From: Octopus bimaculoides
Taxonomy: Eukaryota
DNA: 64,000 bases
Assembly: GCF_001194135.2 (NCBI RefSeq)
Contig: NC_068991.1
Coordinates: forward strand, 7,085,615 to 7,149,614
Reading direction: 5' to 3'
A program made the position numbers and the translations under genes. Position 1 is the stretch's first letter; every line of letters begins with the position of its first letter. Below the pieces are notes generated by a model. That model had not been told where the DNA came from. It saw nothing but the letters and a program-made list of their open reading frames with translations, and made no database searches. Positions 13,569 to 28,800 of the stretch are shown here, in pieces.

Positions 13569-16173
13569 CGCCAACCAATTGTGGCCAATACCAGTACCCT
13601 TTTGACTGGCTCTTGTGCCAGTGGCATGTAAAAAGCACCATCCAAACATGATCGATGCCAGGCCCGCCTGACTGGCTCCCGTGACAGTGGCATGTAAAAT
13701 GCACCCACTACATTCCCCGAGTGGATGGAATTAGGAAGGGCATCCAGCTGTAGAAACATTGCCAGATCAGAGTGGAGCCTGGTGCAGCCGATGGCTCTCC
13801 AGACCTCAGTCAAACCGTCCAACCCATGCTAGCATGGAAAACAGCTGTTAAGCGATGATGATGATGATGATGATGATGACATATGTCTGTGTATATCATG
13901 TGATAGTTGTAAGCGAATGTCACGATTGTACAAGCAGTGTCCTTTGTTATCAATCTTCTGAGATATGTCTAGTCTTGGGGAAATATTACCTTACTAGGCG
14001 TAGTCATTCTAATGTCCATAGAGCTATTCTAATTTGATCACTGAATACAAATAAAGACATAAAAGATAAGCAATACTAACATGATCCTGACTGGCAAAAT
14101 TTGTAGCTTTTGAGGCAGACCAAAAAGAAAAATCAAACGTGAATTCTTTCACTCTCATTGATTCCCGGCCACAATCTCCTTCTGATACTGTTTCAGGAAT
14201 CTAAAAACAGAAATGGTAGACAGTAAAATATTGTAAATTAAAAACAGACAAACAAAAAAAATAATAAATAAAAAACATGCAATTCTCAGAGAACAGATGT
14301 TAATATAGAAAATATTTATAATCATGCAAACTGAAAAGAAGAATAAAAGTTATTATTAGTATTTGATTAGTAAATAAAACACAAAAAGGTTAAGAGTAAA
14401 GACCCCCTTTGGTCAAAACTGACCGTGGAATTGCACCTAGAAAATTACCCAAGTCCAGGCAAGCTTGTTTATGGAAGCCTCCCCTCTTCATACCACTGAT
14501 GTTATCCAAGGGAAAGGCAAAGGCTGATACAGCTTGGCACCAGTGATGTTGTAACTCATTTCTATAGCTGAGTGAACTGGAGCAACGTGAAATAAAGTGT
14601 CTTGCTCAAGAACACAACACACAGCCCAGTCCAGGAATTGAACTCACAACCTCATGATTGTAAGTTCAATTCTTTAACCACTGAGCCATGTGCCTTTCAC
14701 AACAGAACAAAATGAAGAAAATAAAACAAATGATAAATATTAATGGAAATATCTAAAATTAAAAAAAAAAAAATAGTATTGCCAGTAATAAATTAAATGT
14801 TTTCAAAAGAAATTAACAGCTTGCTATCATCATAGTTTAATGTCCACTTTCCATGCTAGCATGGGTTGGACGATTTGACTGAGGACTGGTGAACCAGATG
14901 GCTACACCAGGCTCCAATCTGATTTGGCAGAGTTTCTACATCTGGATGCCCTTCCTAATGCCAACCACTCCGAGAGTGTAGTGGGTGCTTTTACGTGTCA
15001 CTGGCACAAGGGCCAGTCAGACGGTACTAGCAACAGCCACGCTCAAAATGGTGTTTTTTATGTGCCACCTGCACAGGAGCCAGTCCAGCGGCACTGGCAA
15101 TAATTAATATATTTTAGAATTATACCTTCCTATGTGATGATGGTCTCAGAGCTGACCTCAGAATACAATATTTTTTCAAGAATTTACTTTCTTCATCCAT
15201 TAAGAACTAACCTCCTTTATTTATGAAAACAAGGGTGAAGAGTTATGAGAAGATATAGGGTGCTGAGCTGGTTTAACTGTGACAGAGCATTTAGTGTGTC
15301 GTTCTTTTACATTTCAAGTTAAAATCCTACTAGTATCGAATTGGCCTTTCATAAAATAAACAAATTGTTTCATAAAATAAATACATACAACATACTAGCC
15401 TCGTATTATGCCTATGGAAGACACGAATATTAATATTAATAGAATAATGTTTGTCTTTTATTACATTTAATTTACTTTTCAATTCATTTTAGAAATTGCT
15501 ATAAACTCATACAATTATAAACTACAGATTGTATCACTATAATATGAAATTTAATCTTCATAACAGTCTGTCAAAGTAGAATTTTAGAAGTTATGAACCT
15601 CAGTTGAAAACAGAGCAGAGTAGTGTAGGAGTACAACTTTGAAATTGTGTAGCCAAGTGATTATGGTATTACATTTTGCAATCATGGGATTGCAGTTTCA
15701 ATTCCCAGACAGAGTGCTGAATTGTGTTCTTGAGCAAATGCACTTAATTACTTAATTTCCTGTTGCTCCAATTCCCTCAGCTGTAAATGAGTTGCTGCAG
15801 TGGCTGAGATGTTGACTCTGCGACAGACTGTCGCCCCACTTGAGTGGGTGGGTGGGTGTCGAGGGTGGGGTTGTAATCTCAACCACTTAAACGTTGTGGA
15901 AACCAGGTTAAGTTCTGGCCTTATATGAGTCCTAAGGTTCATGACAGATCTAAGGAATACTATGCTGACCCTTATAAAGGATACATTAGTTCCAATGTAG
16001 TTGAATGTAATTTGATAAGAAAACCCTGAGAAAAATTTAAAATTAATTTGGCATTTTTAAACGTATTTTGCTTCCACAGTCAGTAGTTTTAGGGCAAAAA
16101 GCCTACAGCAAAGAGAGAGCATAAGGTCAATGTAACTGCAGTCTTTTCTTGGGGTTTTTTCATCAGCTACTGA

Positions 16174-16204
<31 letters not shown>

Positions 16205-19200
16205 GTCACCTTGCCTTATCAGCTATAAGTATCAAGCAAGTAGTGTCCTATATTTTCAATCTTTCCTGACGATACGTCTGGTTTTGAGATAATATCACTT
16301 TGCTTGGAAACAGTTGAGGATTGGTGACAAGAAGGACATCCGGCCACAAAGAATCTGCCACGACAAATTCCCCCCAACCCATACAAGCATAGAAAAGTGG
16401 ATGTTAAAACAATGACAATGATGACAGTGATGAGTAAATATCAACAGCAGTGGAAATCTTGTGACTGAATACAATATAAACCCTGTGATTGAGCAGGACA
16501 ATCAGATTACCTTAAAAAATTGGGTAAAGATGCTCCTTGGTCATGAATAACCATGGTATTGCACCTACAAAGTTTCCCTCTGAGGTACAAGTCCGGTAAG
16601 GTTGTTTATGGAAGACCAGCCTCTTCTCTCCACACCACTGATATTATCCAAGGGAAAGGCAAAGGGGTCGATACAGCTTGGCACCAGTGATGTCGCAATT
16701 CGTTTCTACAGCTGAGTGAACTGGAGCAACGTGAAATAAAGTGTCTTGCTGAAGAACACAATACACAGCACCGTCTGGGAATCAAACTCGCAACCTCACG
16801 ATTGTGAGCCTGATGCTCTAACCACTGAGCCATAACTAGTAATTCTAAAATTAAGTGGTTTATTGTTTCAGTGATACCATGTCTAGGCTTCATTTATTTT
16901 CCATACATACTTAGAAACTCTCATCTATGGCCTAATCATGATGGACATAGCAACCCATAGTAACCTATAATCGGATACGTTAGATCTTTATATGAAAGTA
17001 TATGGTAAATGAATATATGCTTCATAACTAAGGCTATCATTTATAGTGTAAATAATGGGTCCTTCCTTTATATAAGAAAGAAGGAAAGATAAATAAATCT
17101 GGTAAGAAAAATAATGTTGTTGATGAAAGTGGCGAGAATGATGCAGTGAAAGGTCCTGCCCTGAGCATATACCTGTAGTTAGAAAAAAGGAAAGGAAAAA
17201 AAGGCACTTGCCCCGAAAGTCAGGGTACCCAAGGTTTTTTTATGGGGTTTTTCCATGGGCAGCTGTCAAGCGTCTCCTCCCTAATGAGGATTACACATTG
17301 TTGATTTCTTTCTTTTTTTTGTTAGTCTTGTTTACATGCAAAACCCTCACAACACACACACACACACACACATTCTTTGTTTTGTTCTGTATTGTCCATA
17401 ATGTTTTACTTACTGTAAACCCTTGTGATTAATAAAGAAATCATTATTATTATTATTATTAATTATTATTATTATTATTATTATTATTAAGATGGTGAAC
17501 TGCCAGAACAGTTAGCATGCCATGCAAAATGCTTAGAGGCATTTACCCATCTCATGTTCTGAGTTAAAATTCTGCCACGGTCAACTTTACCTTTCATCCT
17601 TTTGGGGTCGATAAAATAAGTACCAGTTGAGCACTGGGGTTGATGTAATCGACTTGTCCCCTCCCCTACAATTGATGCCCTTGTGGCAAAATTTCAAACC
17701 ATTATTATTATTATTATTATTATTATATTATCATGTTAATCTGAAAAAAAAAAATACAATTAAACAACATGAATGCTGAACCAAGATTACCTTACTACAG
17801 TTTTTTTTGCGTTTTGATCTTACTGGTCCCAAGTATTGACGTATCTGTTGTTTTATCATTGAAAATAAGTTATGTGGATGTTTAGTCCAAAAATGAAAAA
17901 AAATATATATATATATTTCCAACAACTTACAATTACAAAATATTTTCACAGGCATTTTTTATTTTTTTGGACTTAAATATGATATTAATTCGGTTATAGA
18001 TTATGCTCATTAAATTTGGTTCTTGGAGACACTAGTTTCATGGAATAACATTTCCACTTACGATAATACTTTGAAGTCTGGTAACTCCTTACTACCTTCC
18101 AAATTTCATCCCTTATCTCACTGGTTCTCAACCAGGATACATATGCCCTTTAGGGGTCCATGTAAGATTTTGTCATTAAAATATATATACAATAAATTGG
18201 TCATATTTCTATAATACACAAAATATTTTAACAATTTTTTTATACAGTTCTTAATAAAAATTTGATTATAAATATACAATAAGGGTTTGTTTTTTTTTCA
18301 TCAAATAGCTATGAGGGTTTGCCCGAGGAAAATAGGAGTCAAAGGAGTCCATAGGCAAAAAAATGGTTGAGAATCACTGCCTTAGTCATTTATTTCCAAT
18401 ATTCTCTGAAAACATGCCCAGCCATGGGGAAATATTAGCTTACTTAGAAACAAATAAGGGTTGGTGACAAGAACAGCATCTGGTTGTAGAAAATATATCT
18501 CAGTAAACCTTGTCCAACCCATGCAAACATGGAAAAGCAGATGTTAAAATGATGATGATGCAGCCAAGGCATCCAACATTTTAATAAGTTATTGTGTACT
18601 CTGCTACAACAAAACGAAGACAATGCTTTGCATCTTTATTAAATCAAATAGTAGCTTAATCTGTTCATAATTAACCTTACAAAACCTTATTAGTGTTACG
18701 ATGTGGTTGTTATAATGTCCATTACATAGTCAATAATACAAGTAAATCTTTCACTGACCTTGTTATTTATGATTGTGGTTTTATTGTCCTCCATAGAGAT
18801 TATAAACTTGCTATCAAGTTCTTCCTCTCTGAAAATGGAAAAAAAAAAATATCAATAACTGTTATAATTTAGTTCCGTAAAAAGCTGAAATATAAATAAA
18901 TTACCTCACATATTTTAATATATCTCAGATATATATATACAACACAAAAGACCACTGTATGATCCTTGTTGAAACTGCAGAGGCTTTGGAAGTTACTTAT
19001 TTTCATACCATTAGTGTTTAATGAATAGCTGCATTTGGGCCCCTAAAAATGTAGCTAATCAATTACCTGTAGTTCTTGCCACTAATGATTGACAAAAGGA
19101 CAGATGTAATCAGCTTTATTAGCTTGCAGCTGTTTTACTCAGAACTGAGTGTTTGTGCAATACCCAATAGCTTCCTCAGAGCCATTAAAATGAAATACAG

Positions 19201-19839
19201 TAATACCTCACTTTACATTTGAATGCAAATATGTTAATTGCCATTGTGTATACCACAGGAGAACGGTTTCTCTTTTATGACAAATATGTGTTTATAATAC
19301 ACTCAATTCATTATTGCAAGGGATTCTGGGACATTGGTGTTTTAACACGTGTCTTGTCAGCCAGAAGTACCAAGACTTAAGAATGTAACATGAACTGGTG
19401 TCCTGTTTACAATTTCAGTAAATAAACTGTTCACAGGCTCATACTGATATCTGCCAGCCAAAATTCTTTTCTGCTCTAGGCACAAGGCCAAAAATTTTGG
19501 AGGAGGGGGGGCCAGTCGATTAGATCGACCCCAGTACTCAACTGGTAATTAATTTATCAACCCTGAAAGGATGAAAGGTAAAGTTGACCTCGGGGGAATT
19601 TGAACTCAGAACATAAGACAGACAAAATACTGCTAAGCATTTCGCCTGGTGTGCTAACATTTCTGCCAGCAGCCAATATTAACACTTAAGACATCTGTAC
19701 AATCCTCCACTTCTTAAGTATTATCTCTGTAAATTGCTAAGTCCTGAAAATGTGCAGTACTTGAGACAAATTATTCAGCAAATTATTTTTTGTCATGTGA
19801 TTAACCAAATCTGCATAAACGTCTTTTATCCGTACACAC

Positions 19840-19884
<45 letters not shown>

Positions 19885-22800
19885 TGTTTGCATTTATCTC
19901 ATGCACATAAATATAATCATTTTCCAATTTTCTATAATATTATTTTTTTTTTCAGTCTCAATAGAGGGGTAAGCTGTGTCAATGGTCTTTTCAGGACCTC
20001 AAGGCCTGTGAGATTGTCAGTTACCGTTCCTCTTAAACAGTTACAGCTGCTGGAAATTAAAGAACAGGTGGGGAGGAGAGATTGTAGAGGGCTGAAATTC
20101 TGGTGTAGAAAGGAATGAGTAAAGTAGTTAATGTGAGGCCTAGGGGAGGGCACAATGACACAATATATGTGATGAATGGGACACAAGTGGGTTGGTAGTG
20201 GCACAAAAGTAGTCCACTCTGGGGAGCAGAGGCCACTGTAGTAGCCAATACCTGTGAGCCAGCAGTTGTTAGCAAATAACTTCAACTTAGCTAATGTCTG
20301 TGTGTCTCAACAAATTTTGTTTTCCTCATGTCTATAATATTCAGTCCCCTAAACCTTTTCAATTTTTAGGCCCCCTTCTTTTCCTTCTTTGTAGTTATTT
20401 TATGCTACAGTGGCCTCAAGCTTTGTTTGGGATAAACCCATAAAAAAACAAGAGCACTCAGAGAGCGGAAACCTCCGCCAAGGCAACACCAACATCCTCT
20501 CAACAATTAGCTGGAGATGATTTTTAAAATGAGAATATCTGAAATAAACTCGATTGTGCTCACAAACGAGAATACTAAAAATAAACCTGGCTGCTCTCAA
20601 AAATTAAGTAAAAAACAGGAAAAATAATCCAGAATCCTTATCCAGTATCGGATCGATCTCAAAATCTAATCAGCTCGTGCCAGCCACGAGGCCAAACATC
20701 CCTGAAACTTTCATTCAAATCCATCCAGCGGTTCTTGAGATATCTTGTCCACAGGCAAACAAACAAATACAACTGAAAACAATACCTCCGCCTTAGCAAA
20801 GGCGGAGGTAAAAATGAGAGATGATCTTTTGCTGATGCCCTAAGTTCCACATGGAGTCGCAGACTGGTGCAAAAGTATTATATATTAATAGAGTTAAAAA
20901 AGGTGCATAGAAAAGCCTAATTAGAAGATTTTTCAAATTTATGAATCAAATAATGAATTTAGTAAGAAATATGATGTTGGAATTAGTGCAAGATGCCAGC
21001 CTTAGCCATTCAAGAGACAAAAACTTTGTATATGTGGACCAACAGACACAATAGAAAAGATTTGTAGATATCTGTTGTTATATTTTTCTTCTTCTGTCAT
21101 ATGTTGTCACAACTACAATGAAAATCAAAATAACTGACAATAACAATATCTTTAAGATCAAATATAACATTTAAATGAAAATAAGAAAACAAAAATCTAT
21201 TAAACTGTCTCTATTGGGTCTGACAAGTTTTCCTGGTGCATGTACGGGGGATATGGGAACTGAAAGGTGGGGAGAGGAAAATTGAATGAGTCAGCTATCT
21301 GTGAGCTGTTTATGAAGTTAATGACACATAATTAGCAACATTTCCTTGTATAATGATGACCTTTCCCACTATATGCTTTCCATGACAATTCACGGCTTGC
21401 TTAAGCTCTCTTTCTCTTCTACCAACTGAACAAGAACAATTTACTTCAGTAATGGAAATAATAACAATACCACTATTGGCAGTGTGTAGACTAATTTCGT
21501 TATGGTGACTTTGTAAATAATCAAGGAAGTTAAATAAATACAGACATTCTGAATAACTATGTGCCTATTATATGTACCATATTTTACTTGGCATAAAAGA
21601 CACGCTTGCATCTTAAATGCACCTCAATTTCAGTAGCATGTCTTCAGGAAAAAGAACCTCAGGGATAAAATTAACATGAGAAGCCCAATTTTACATATAG
21701 AACCTGGGGTGATTTTTATGAGACGACTTTGTTTTTGGTAAAAAAAAAATGTGTTTTATATGCCATCAAATATGGTAACAAACCATATAACAGGATACAG
21801 AAACCTACAAAAGGAAGGATGTTTGCAAAACGGACACAAAAAAATCTACAATAGAGAATATATATACTATATATCTATACTATATATTAGAGATGTTGTT
21901 CAGATAAATAATCCAGTGAATTAATAAATCAACCATTGAAATTTTCAATGTGTCATTATTTTAGCTATAAGTACCAATTTAAAACAAAAAAAAAGATAAA
22001 TGAGAAATCTACTGTCTTTCATGTCTTTAATTGGTGCTTATTTCTAAAATTCCTGTTCTCACCAGGTTATTCTGTACTAGAAAACGAAGAGCAAAATTAG
22101 GACAGCTATAACCATTAATGCCTTTTACTCTGTGACTTTGACAGCTCAATAAATCATATCCTAACTCTACACCTAACATACAGATGCAGGCAGGCATGGC
22201 TTGTGTGGTTAAGACACTCACTTGACAACCATGCAATTTAGGGTTCAGACCCACTGCATGGCACCTTGGACAAGTGTCTTCTGCTATAGCCCTGTGCTGA
22301 CCAATGCCTTGCGAGTGAATTTGGTAGACGGGAACTGTGTGGAACCTCATCATATGTATATAATGTATACATGTATATATACATATGTGTCTGTGTGTGT
22401 GTGAGTGTTTGTCCCTCCATTGCTTGATAACTGGTATTGGTTTATTTACATCCCTGTAATTTAGTGGTTCGGCAAAAGAGACCGATACAATAAGTACCAG
22501 ACTTAAAAACAAAAAAACCCAAAATCCATAAGTAAGTATTGGGGTCAATTTGTTTAACTAAAACCCTTAAAAGTGGTACCCCAGCATGGCTGCAGTCCAA
22601 TGACTGAAACAATTAAAAGAAAGTAATTAAAGGTAAGACCAAATTAGGTGGAGCTGAGCCAATAACTGAAATAATCTAATGGCTTCGATTGAGGTAATTC
22701 AAATAGGTACAAGTGTACTGAATGACATAAGCATAAATTTCTTAATACAGTGAAATTTCTCTCTTAGTAAGCGAAAGAAAACAAAGGTCAAACAGTAATT

Positions 22801-25800
22801 GTAGGTGGCTCTCAAAAAGAAGGGGAGATAATTTTAAGAAATGAATGATTCATTATTGTGGGGTGAGTATTGCACATTAATGTGCTGGTTAGTCATCAGG
22901 ACTGAGCTATCAGTTTGATACTATCGGGACTTAGAGATCCTCCTAGGACACCTTTTAAATATTCTTTCTTCTTTCTTTTACTTGCTTCAGTCATTTCACT
23001 GCAGCCATGCTGGAGCACTATCTTTAGTCGATCAAATCGACCCCAGGATTTATTCTTTGTAAGCCTAGTACTTATACTATCGGTCTTTTTTGCTGAACCA
23101 CCAAATTACGGGGATGTAAACATACCAACATTGGTGTCAAGCAATGGGGGGGGGGGGGACAAACACACAGGCGAACACACACACACACACACACACATGA
23201 TTGGCTTCTTTCAGTTTCCGTATATCAAGTCCACTCACAAGGCTTTGGTCAACCTGAGGCTATCATATCACTGAATGGATTATTCTTTACAATATCAATA
23301 AGTCTAATTACTCTAATTACACATCAGATCCAGTATATATTGTTTTAATTAATTAATAAGAGATATGCTATATAATTAACAAAAAAGCCTTTTCAAAGAT
23401 GCCTTTTTATTCATTACACTTATAAAGCTCATGTTTCAAAACCATTTGCTATTATTTCTTAAATAAAATAAAGCAAAATTATAAATAGATTTATAGTCTG
23501 TCCTGCACAGCTTGACACAGAAACTAGTCAGACCTCCAGCTGCATGTCTAATTATATTTAATTTCTGTAAAGTCTTGGCTTGGGTCTAAGCAGCAGTTAC
23601 AATGACCAATATTATGTTGCACGAACTAGTAGCAAAACACAGGTGATTCATTCTAACAGTACAAATAAAAATGACTAAAATAACCGAGAGGACATATATA
23701 CTTTGGTTAATTGCTGGGTTCGACAGGATGTCTTTTCATTACAACACTTGACATATAAAATATACCAGCTATATTTCAAGGTACACTGTCAGATAAATTT
23801 GATTAATTATTTAATTACTTTCTTTTCAAAAGATTTGATACTTTGCTATTTTCTTTTTCATTTATCAACATAGATGTACAATCCTTCGTTAACTTCTTTT
23901 TCTCGTTAAGTCCTTTAAGTGTACATAGTAATGTTATCAAAACATTACCAATTATTTAAAGCTGGAAAAAAGTAAATATTTATAAAGCTAATTATTTGGA
24001 TTAATTTTTGCTTAGATTCATCAGGTGTGTTGTAAAGTAGGTACAGGCATTAGAGCAAGGTAGTGTTTGCATGAGTTTGGCTGTAGAGTTAAGAAATTTG
24101 CTTTTCAACGGCAAGGTTTCAGGTTCAGTCCCACTGTATGGTACCTTGGGCAAGTGCCTTGCACTAGCTAAAAACTTATGAGTGGACCTGATAAATGGAA
24201 ACTAAAACAGGCCTGCCAAAAATGTGTATGTCCTTGTATTGACATTATGCTATTTGTATCAGGGCAGTAAGCTGGCAGAATTGTTAGCATGCCGGACGAA
24301 ATGCTTAACGGTATTTATGTTCTGAGTTCAAATTATACGAAGGTCAACTTTGCCTTTCATCCTTTTGGGGTTGATAAATTAAGAACTAGCTGCATACTGG
24401 GGTCAATCTAATCGACTGGCCCCTGCCCTCAAAATTTCAGACCTTGCACCTATAGTAGAAAGGATTATGCTGTGTATCAATCTTCTGTGAAAACATATCT
24501 GGCGACAGCAAAATATCTTTGTTAGAAACAGGTGAGCGTTGGTGACAGGAAAAGTGTCCAGCTGCAGAAAATATGCTTCAAAAAAGTATGGAACAAACTG
24601 CCAGCATCAGTTGTTAGTTGTCGGAGCACTGCATCCTTCAAAACTTCCATGCTTCCTGAGATTCGCCAACACTACACCTGATTTTCTCCCCTCCATACAC
24701 ACGCAAGCATGTATCTGACTCATACACTGTTCACTTTCCAGACATTTGTACATTACTACATATGCTTTATACGCACTTTTGACAAGTTGTAGTGCACCTG
24801 AGCACTGTATACAATAATTTCATTATTATTATCATTATTATTATTATTTATCCTTTACAATGCAGCAGTGAACTGTTTAAGAATCATTGATCTCAATATA
24901 TAAAGTTTTAAAGGTGAAACAGATATGGTGCTAAGCGTTTTATCTCACAAATTGTGAATTTATTATCAGGAGGGCACATAGCCTAATAGTTAGAGTGATG
25001 CATTCACAATCCTGAAGTTGCAGTTTCAATTCCTAGATTGGGTGGTGCATTATACTCTTGAGCAAAACACTTCATGTTGTGTTACTTTGCGATCACTTCA
25101 ACACTTAATGTGTGATACCCCATGCACCTGTTCAGGTAATGTTAATTTGATGGAGGGAAGGGGCTAATGTACAGCACATGCATTTGATCACAATAAACAA
25201 ATCATTTGTGCAGGTCATTTGGCAAAAGTTGAACTCTTAAACGTCGTCTTTGATGGGTGAGTCTATCATACTATGTGGAAGAATATGATATCTATTCATC
25301 TACTCCATTTATCTAGGAATTACTCACTTTTACTTGTTTCAGTCATTTGACTGCGGCCAATAGGAAAAGAAATTGCAGTTGTATCAAAAGATTAGTTAGG
25401 AAGTATCACCATAAAAGGTGAAAAGTAATCAAGAAATGATTACATACAATTAGCGAGAAGACCACTTAAAAGTAAAAATCATAATATCCGTTATTCTTTA
25501 AAAGAGTGCACACTCACACTCACACACATTGTGTATCTTGCCATTGAGTTTGACAAGTCACCTACACAGCTAAGGTCACTCTCTGACCAGCCATAACAAA
25601 CAACCTTCTAAATGTGTGTGCGTGTGTGGCAGTGGTGGTGGTGGTGGACTCTTCTGTTGTAAATGATAGATGAGGTGCCACAACTTTTTGCTGAACAACC
25701 AGTGAAGATAGTTTGTTTACAGTGACCAAATGTATGTGCTGCAGGTCAGCTCATTCCCTCCATCAATTCAACGTTACCTGTACAGGTGCTCAATGCACCA

Positions 25801-28800
25801 TATGTCAGATGTTGAAGTGACTGCAGAGCAACATGAGATGAAGTGTTTTGCTCAAGAACACAATGCACCACTTGGGCTGGGAATCAAAACCATGATCTTG
25901 CAATCATGAGTGCCACACCCTAACCATTGGGCCATGTGGCTTTATTTGTGTGTGTGTGTATCCTACACACATACTTGGGACTAAACAACAACACCGTTGA
26001 AAACAGTCTTTATGGAGCTCTCTCTGTCAATGCAGCTGTGATCCGAGATTTGATTTTGTTCCCTTACACTCTGCCTTCTTGTCACCCCCCCCCTACAATA
26101 CCTATTCCTATGCAGATGAAACCATACTTCATACTTCCCTAACTTTCTGCATGCATCATTCACATTCAACATAAACACCTCACAGCAAATCTCTGTTGTG
26201 TTCATGGAAAAAGAGACCTTGATAAGAATTGTCCAAAGAAAGAGGTCATGCCAAACTTCTTTCCATCAACAATATAAAGACACAATCGCCATTCCTCCCC
26301 CCCTCCCCCATACATAGATAACATTCAATCAGAACCCCTGAGGTTGCCTCAAACACTAAACCTAATCATCACTGAGAAACTCCCCTGGCAAATACATGTT
26401 TTCAACATAAGAAGAACTGCATTAGAAAGACTGATCTGCCATTTCGGGGCCAGAAAACANNNNNNNNNNAAAGACACAATCGCCATTCCTCCCCCCCTCC
26501 CCCATACATAGATAACATTCAATCAGAACCCCTGAGGTTGCCTCAAACACTAAACCTAATCATCACTGAGAAACTCCCCTGGCAAATACATGTTTTCAAC
26601 ATAAGAAGAACTGCATTAGAAAGACTGATCTGCCATTTCGGGGCCAGAAAACATTTCAACACCCCTAATAACAACTAACCTGTTACAATGCACAGTTGAA
26701 ACACCTCAACTGGTTACATCTCCCACACCTGAGACAATGCTGTTACACACACACACACACATGCTCAATTGATTGGTATGAAATCATTCACCAACATACT
26801 CCGACCCCTGGCCCACACATATGCTGTCTCCTCTCCCTTCCTTCTCCTTCTGATTCACTGTAACTTCTCCACCCACAACCTAAATTATATTTACTCCACC
26901 CCAATTTCCCCCTACAAACTACCAATCCTTTCTTTCATTCTCAAAAATGTTGGCTCTGTGATATTGTCGAAAATTACCTTAGGAATGAGAACCCAGGTTC
27001 GAAACTTCCCCCAAGACACCTGATGAAGGCTGGAGGGTATATCAGCCGAAACGTTGTGTTAACAACAAACAAGTTAAGTACAAATATCCGTCAAATGTAA
27101 ATAATGTAAATAATTTCTCATCTCTTAAATATAGAACTGTATGAAACTAGTTGATGTAGAAAGGAGAGGATTGCAAATAGTTCAGTTTCTATGCCAAGAA
27201 TACACTGAAGTGCCAATGCCAATTTATATTTTTATTTTTTTTAACTGAATACTGCGTAGGATGATTACTGGTTCAGTGTTTACAAAATATCTAAATGAAA
27301 TATCGGGTGACGGTCAGGTCTAACATATATAAACATCATGGCATGGAAATAATTTGTAATGAGAAAACGTTTTGATATATACGCATTTGAAATATGTAAT
27401 ACATACTGATTTGTTAAAGCTATCTAACACAAAGAAAAAGAAAATAAAGCAAAAACGACACCGAGAGAGAAAACGGTGGTAGGGAAGCTGTGTCATCAGT
27501 CATCGGATGAAGTTAGATGTAAGAGAAAGTTTATGACGAAGAGAAAACAAGCAAATTGTGAACGAGACTATAAAGTGATAAAGTCTGGCTTTTAAGAAAA
27601 GTTCAAAAAGAAAGGAGATTAGTCCTTATATTATATCCTAAACAAAGTTTTTAAATAGATCTTCTTTTGTTGGCGTTATATTTTCAATTTAAGTAATTTT
27701 TATTAAAGTGTCTCAAAGACAAGAGTTATTTGCGTGTAAGGAAAAAACTCGTTGAACTCTGCAGAAATCATACCGAAATAACCCAGGGTGTTTAAAGATG
27801 CACACAAAAAGCAATACTTCACTGGGAACATTGACAAAACATTTACCTCATTCAGATATTTGAACGTTGCTGTATTTAACCCCAGGTCGGCCCTAATTAA
27901 GAAGAAATGGTGATTAACAAACATTTCAGCTGTACTCGGGACAAAGTATACTTTCTTTAAAATGGGCAGGGTGTTTATATGAGAGAGATTTGGCTGTTAT
28001 TTCAAAAAGTTGTGAATTTGTTCACTTTAATGTCTAAAACTGCAAAGGTAACAAAATCAATTTGTTAATAGTAAATCGAATTTTCTTTTTTTAGAAAAAA
28101 AAAAACCAAAAAAACTTCGCAGTATTGACATAATTAGAAACACTATTCTGCTTCGATCCATCTGTGACAATGCACAGTTTTTCTTCATTGTCAACGATTG
28201 TAGACAGACGGTAAAAAAAAAGTTGGACGTAAACAAAACGAATGTATATATATTTAAGAGTGCGAACGAATTAAATTGTCTACGAGAGTGCATGCAAGTA
28301 CTGAATATGCAATAATTAACCCCCAAACAAGTGCGTTATGACTTCATATGTTTAGAAGTAGATCCGATTCAACCACAAGTGATTAAATAGATCACAAGGA
28401 TAAAGTTCAAGTGATTAAAATTTGCCTTATAATATTTATATAGAATAAATGAAGGGCTTAAAACAAAGGGAGCATGTATACACACACACACACACACACA
28501 TATATAATATATACTCTTTTACTTGTTTCAGTCATTTGACTGTGGCCATGCTGGAGCACCGCCTTATTCTTTGGAAACCTAGTACTTATTCTATCGGTCT
28601 CTTTGCCGAACCGCTAAGTTACGGGGACGTAAACACACCANNNNNNNNNNTCCGTCTACCAAATCCACTCACAAGACTTTAGTCGGCCCGAGGCTATAGT
28701 AGAAGACACTTGCCCAAGGTGCCACGCAATGGGAATGAACCCAGAACCATATATAAAGGCTTCAAATTATTATCATTTTCTTTTTAATTGAAGATACTTT

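Noticed and set aside
21340-21430. Candidate alternative KIF16B exon 2 (RERELKQ...)
   Set aside because: No kinesin similarity beyond the first residues; the true exon 2 at 18759-18828 fits in sequence and phase.
26276-26653. 184-bp direct repeat (possible LTR pair or tandem duplication)
   Set aside because: Copies are identical and separated only by a 10-N gap, typical of an unmerged contig overlap.
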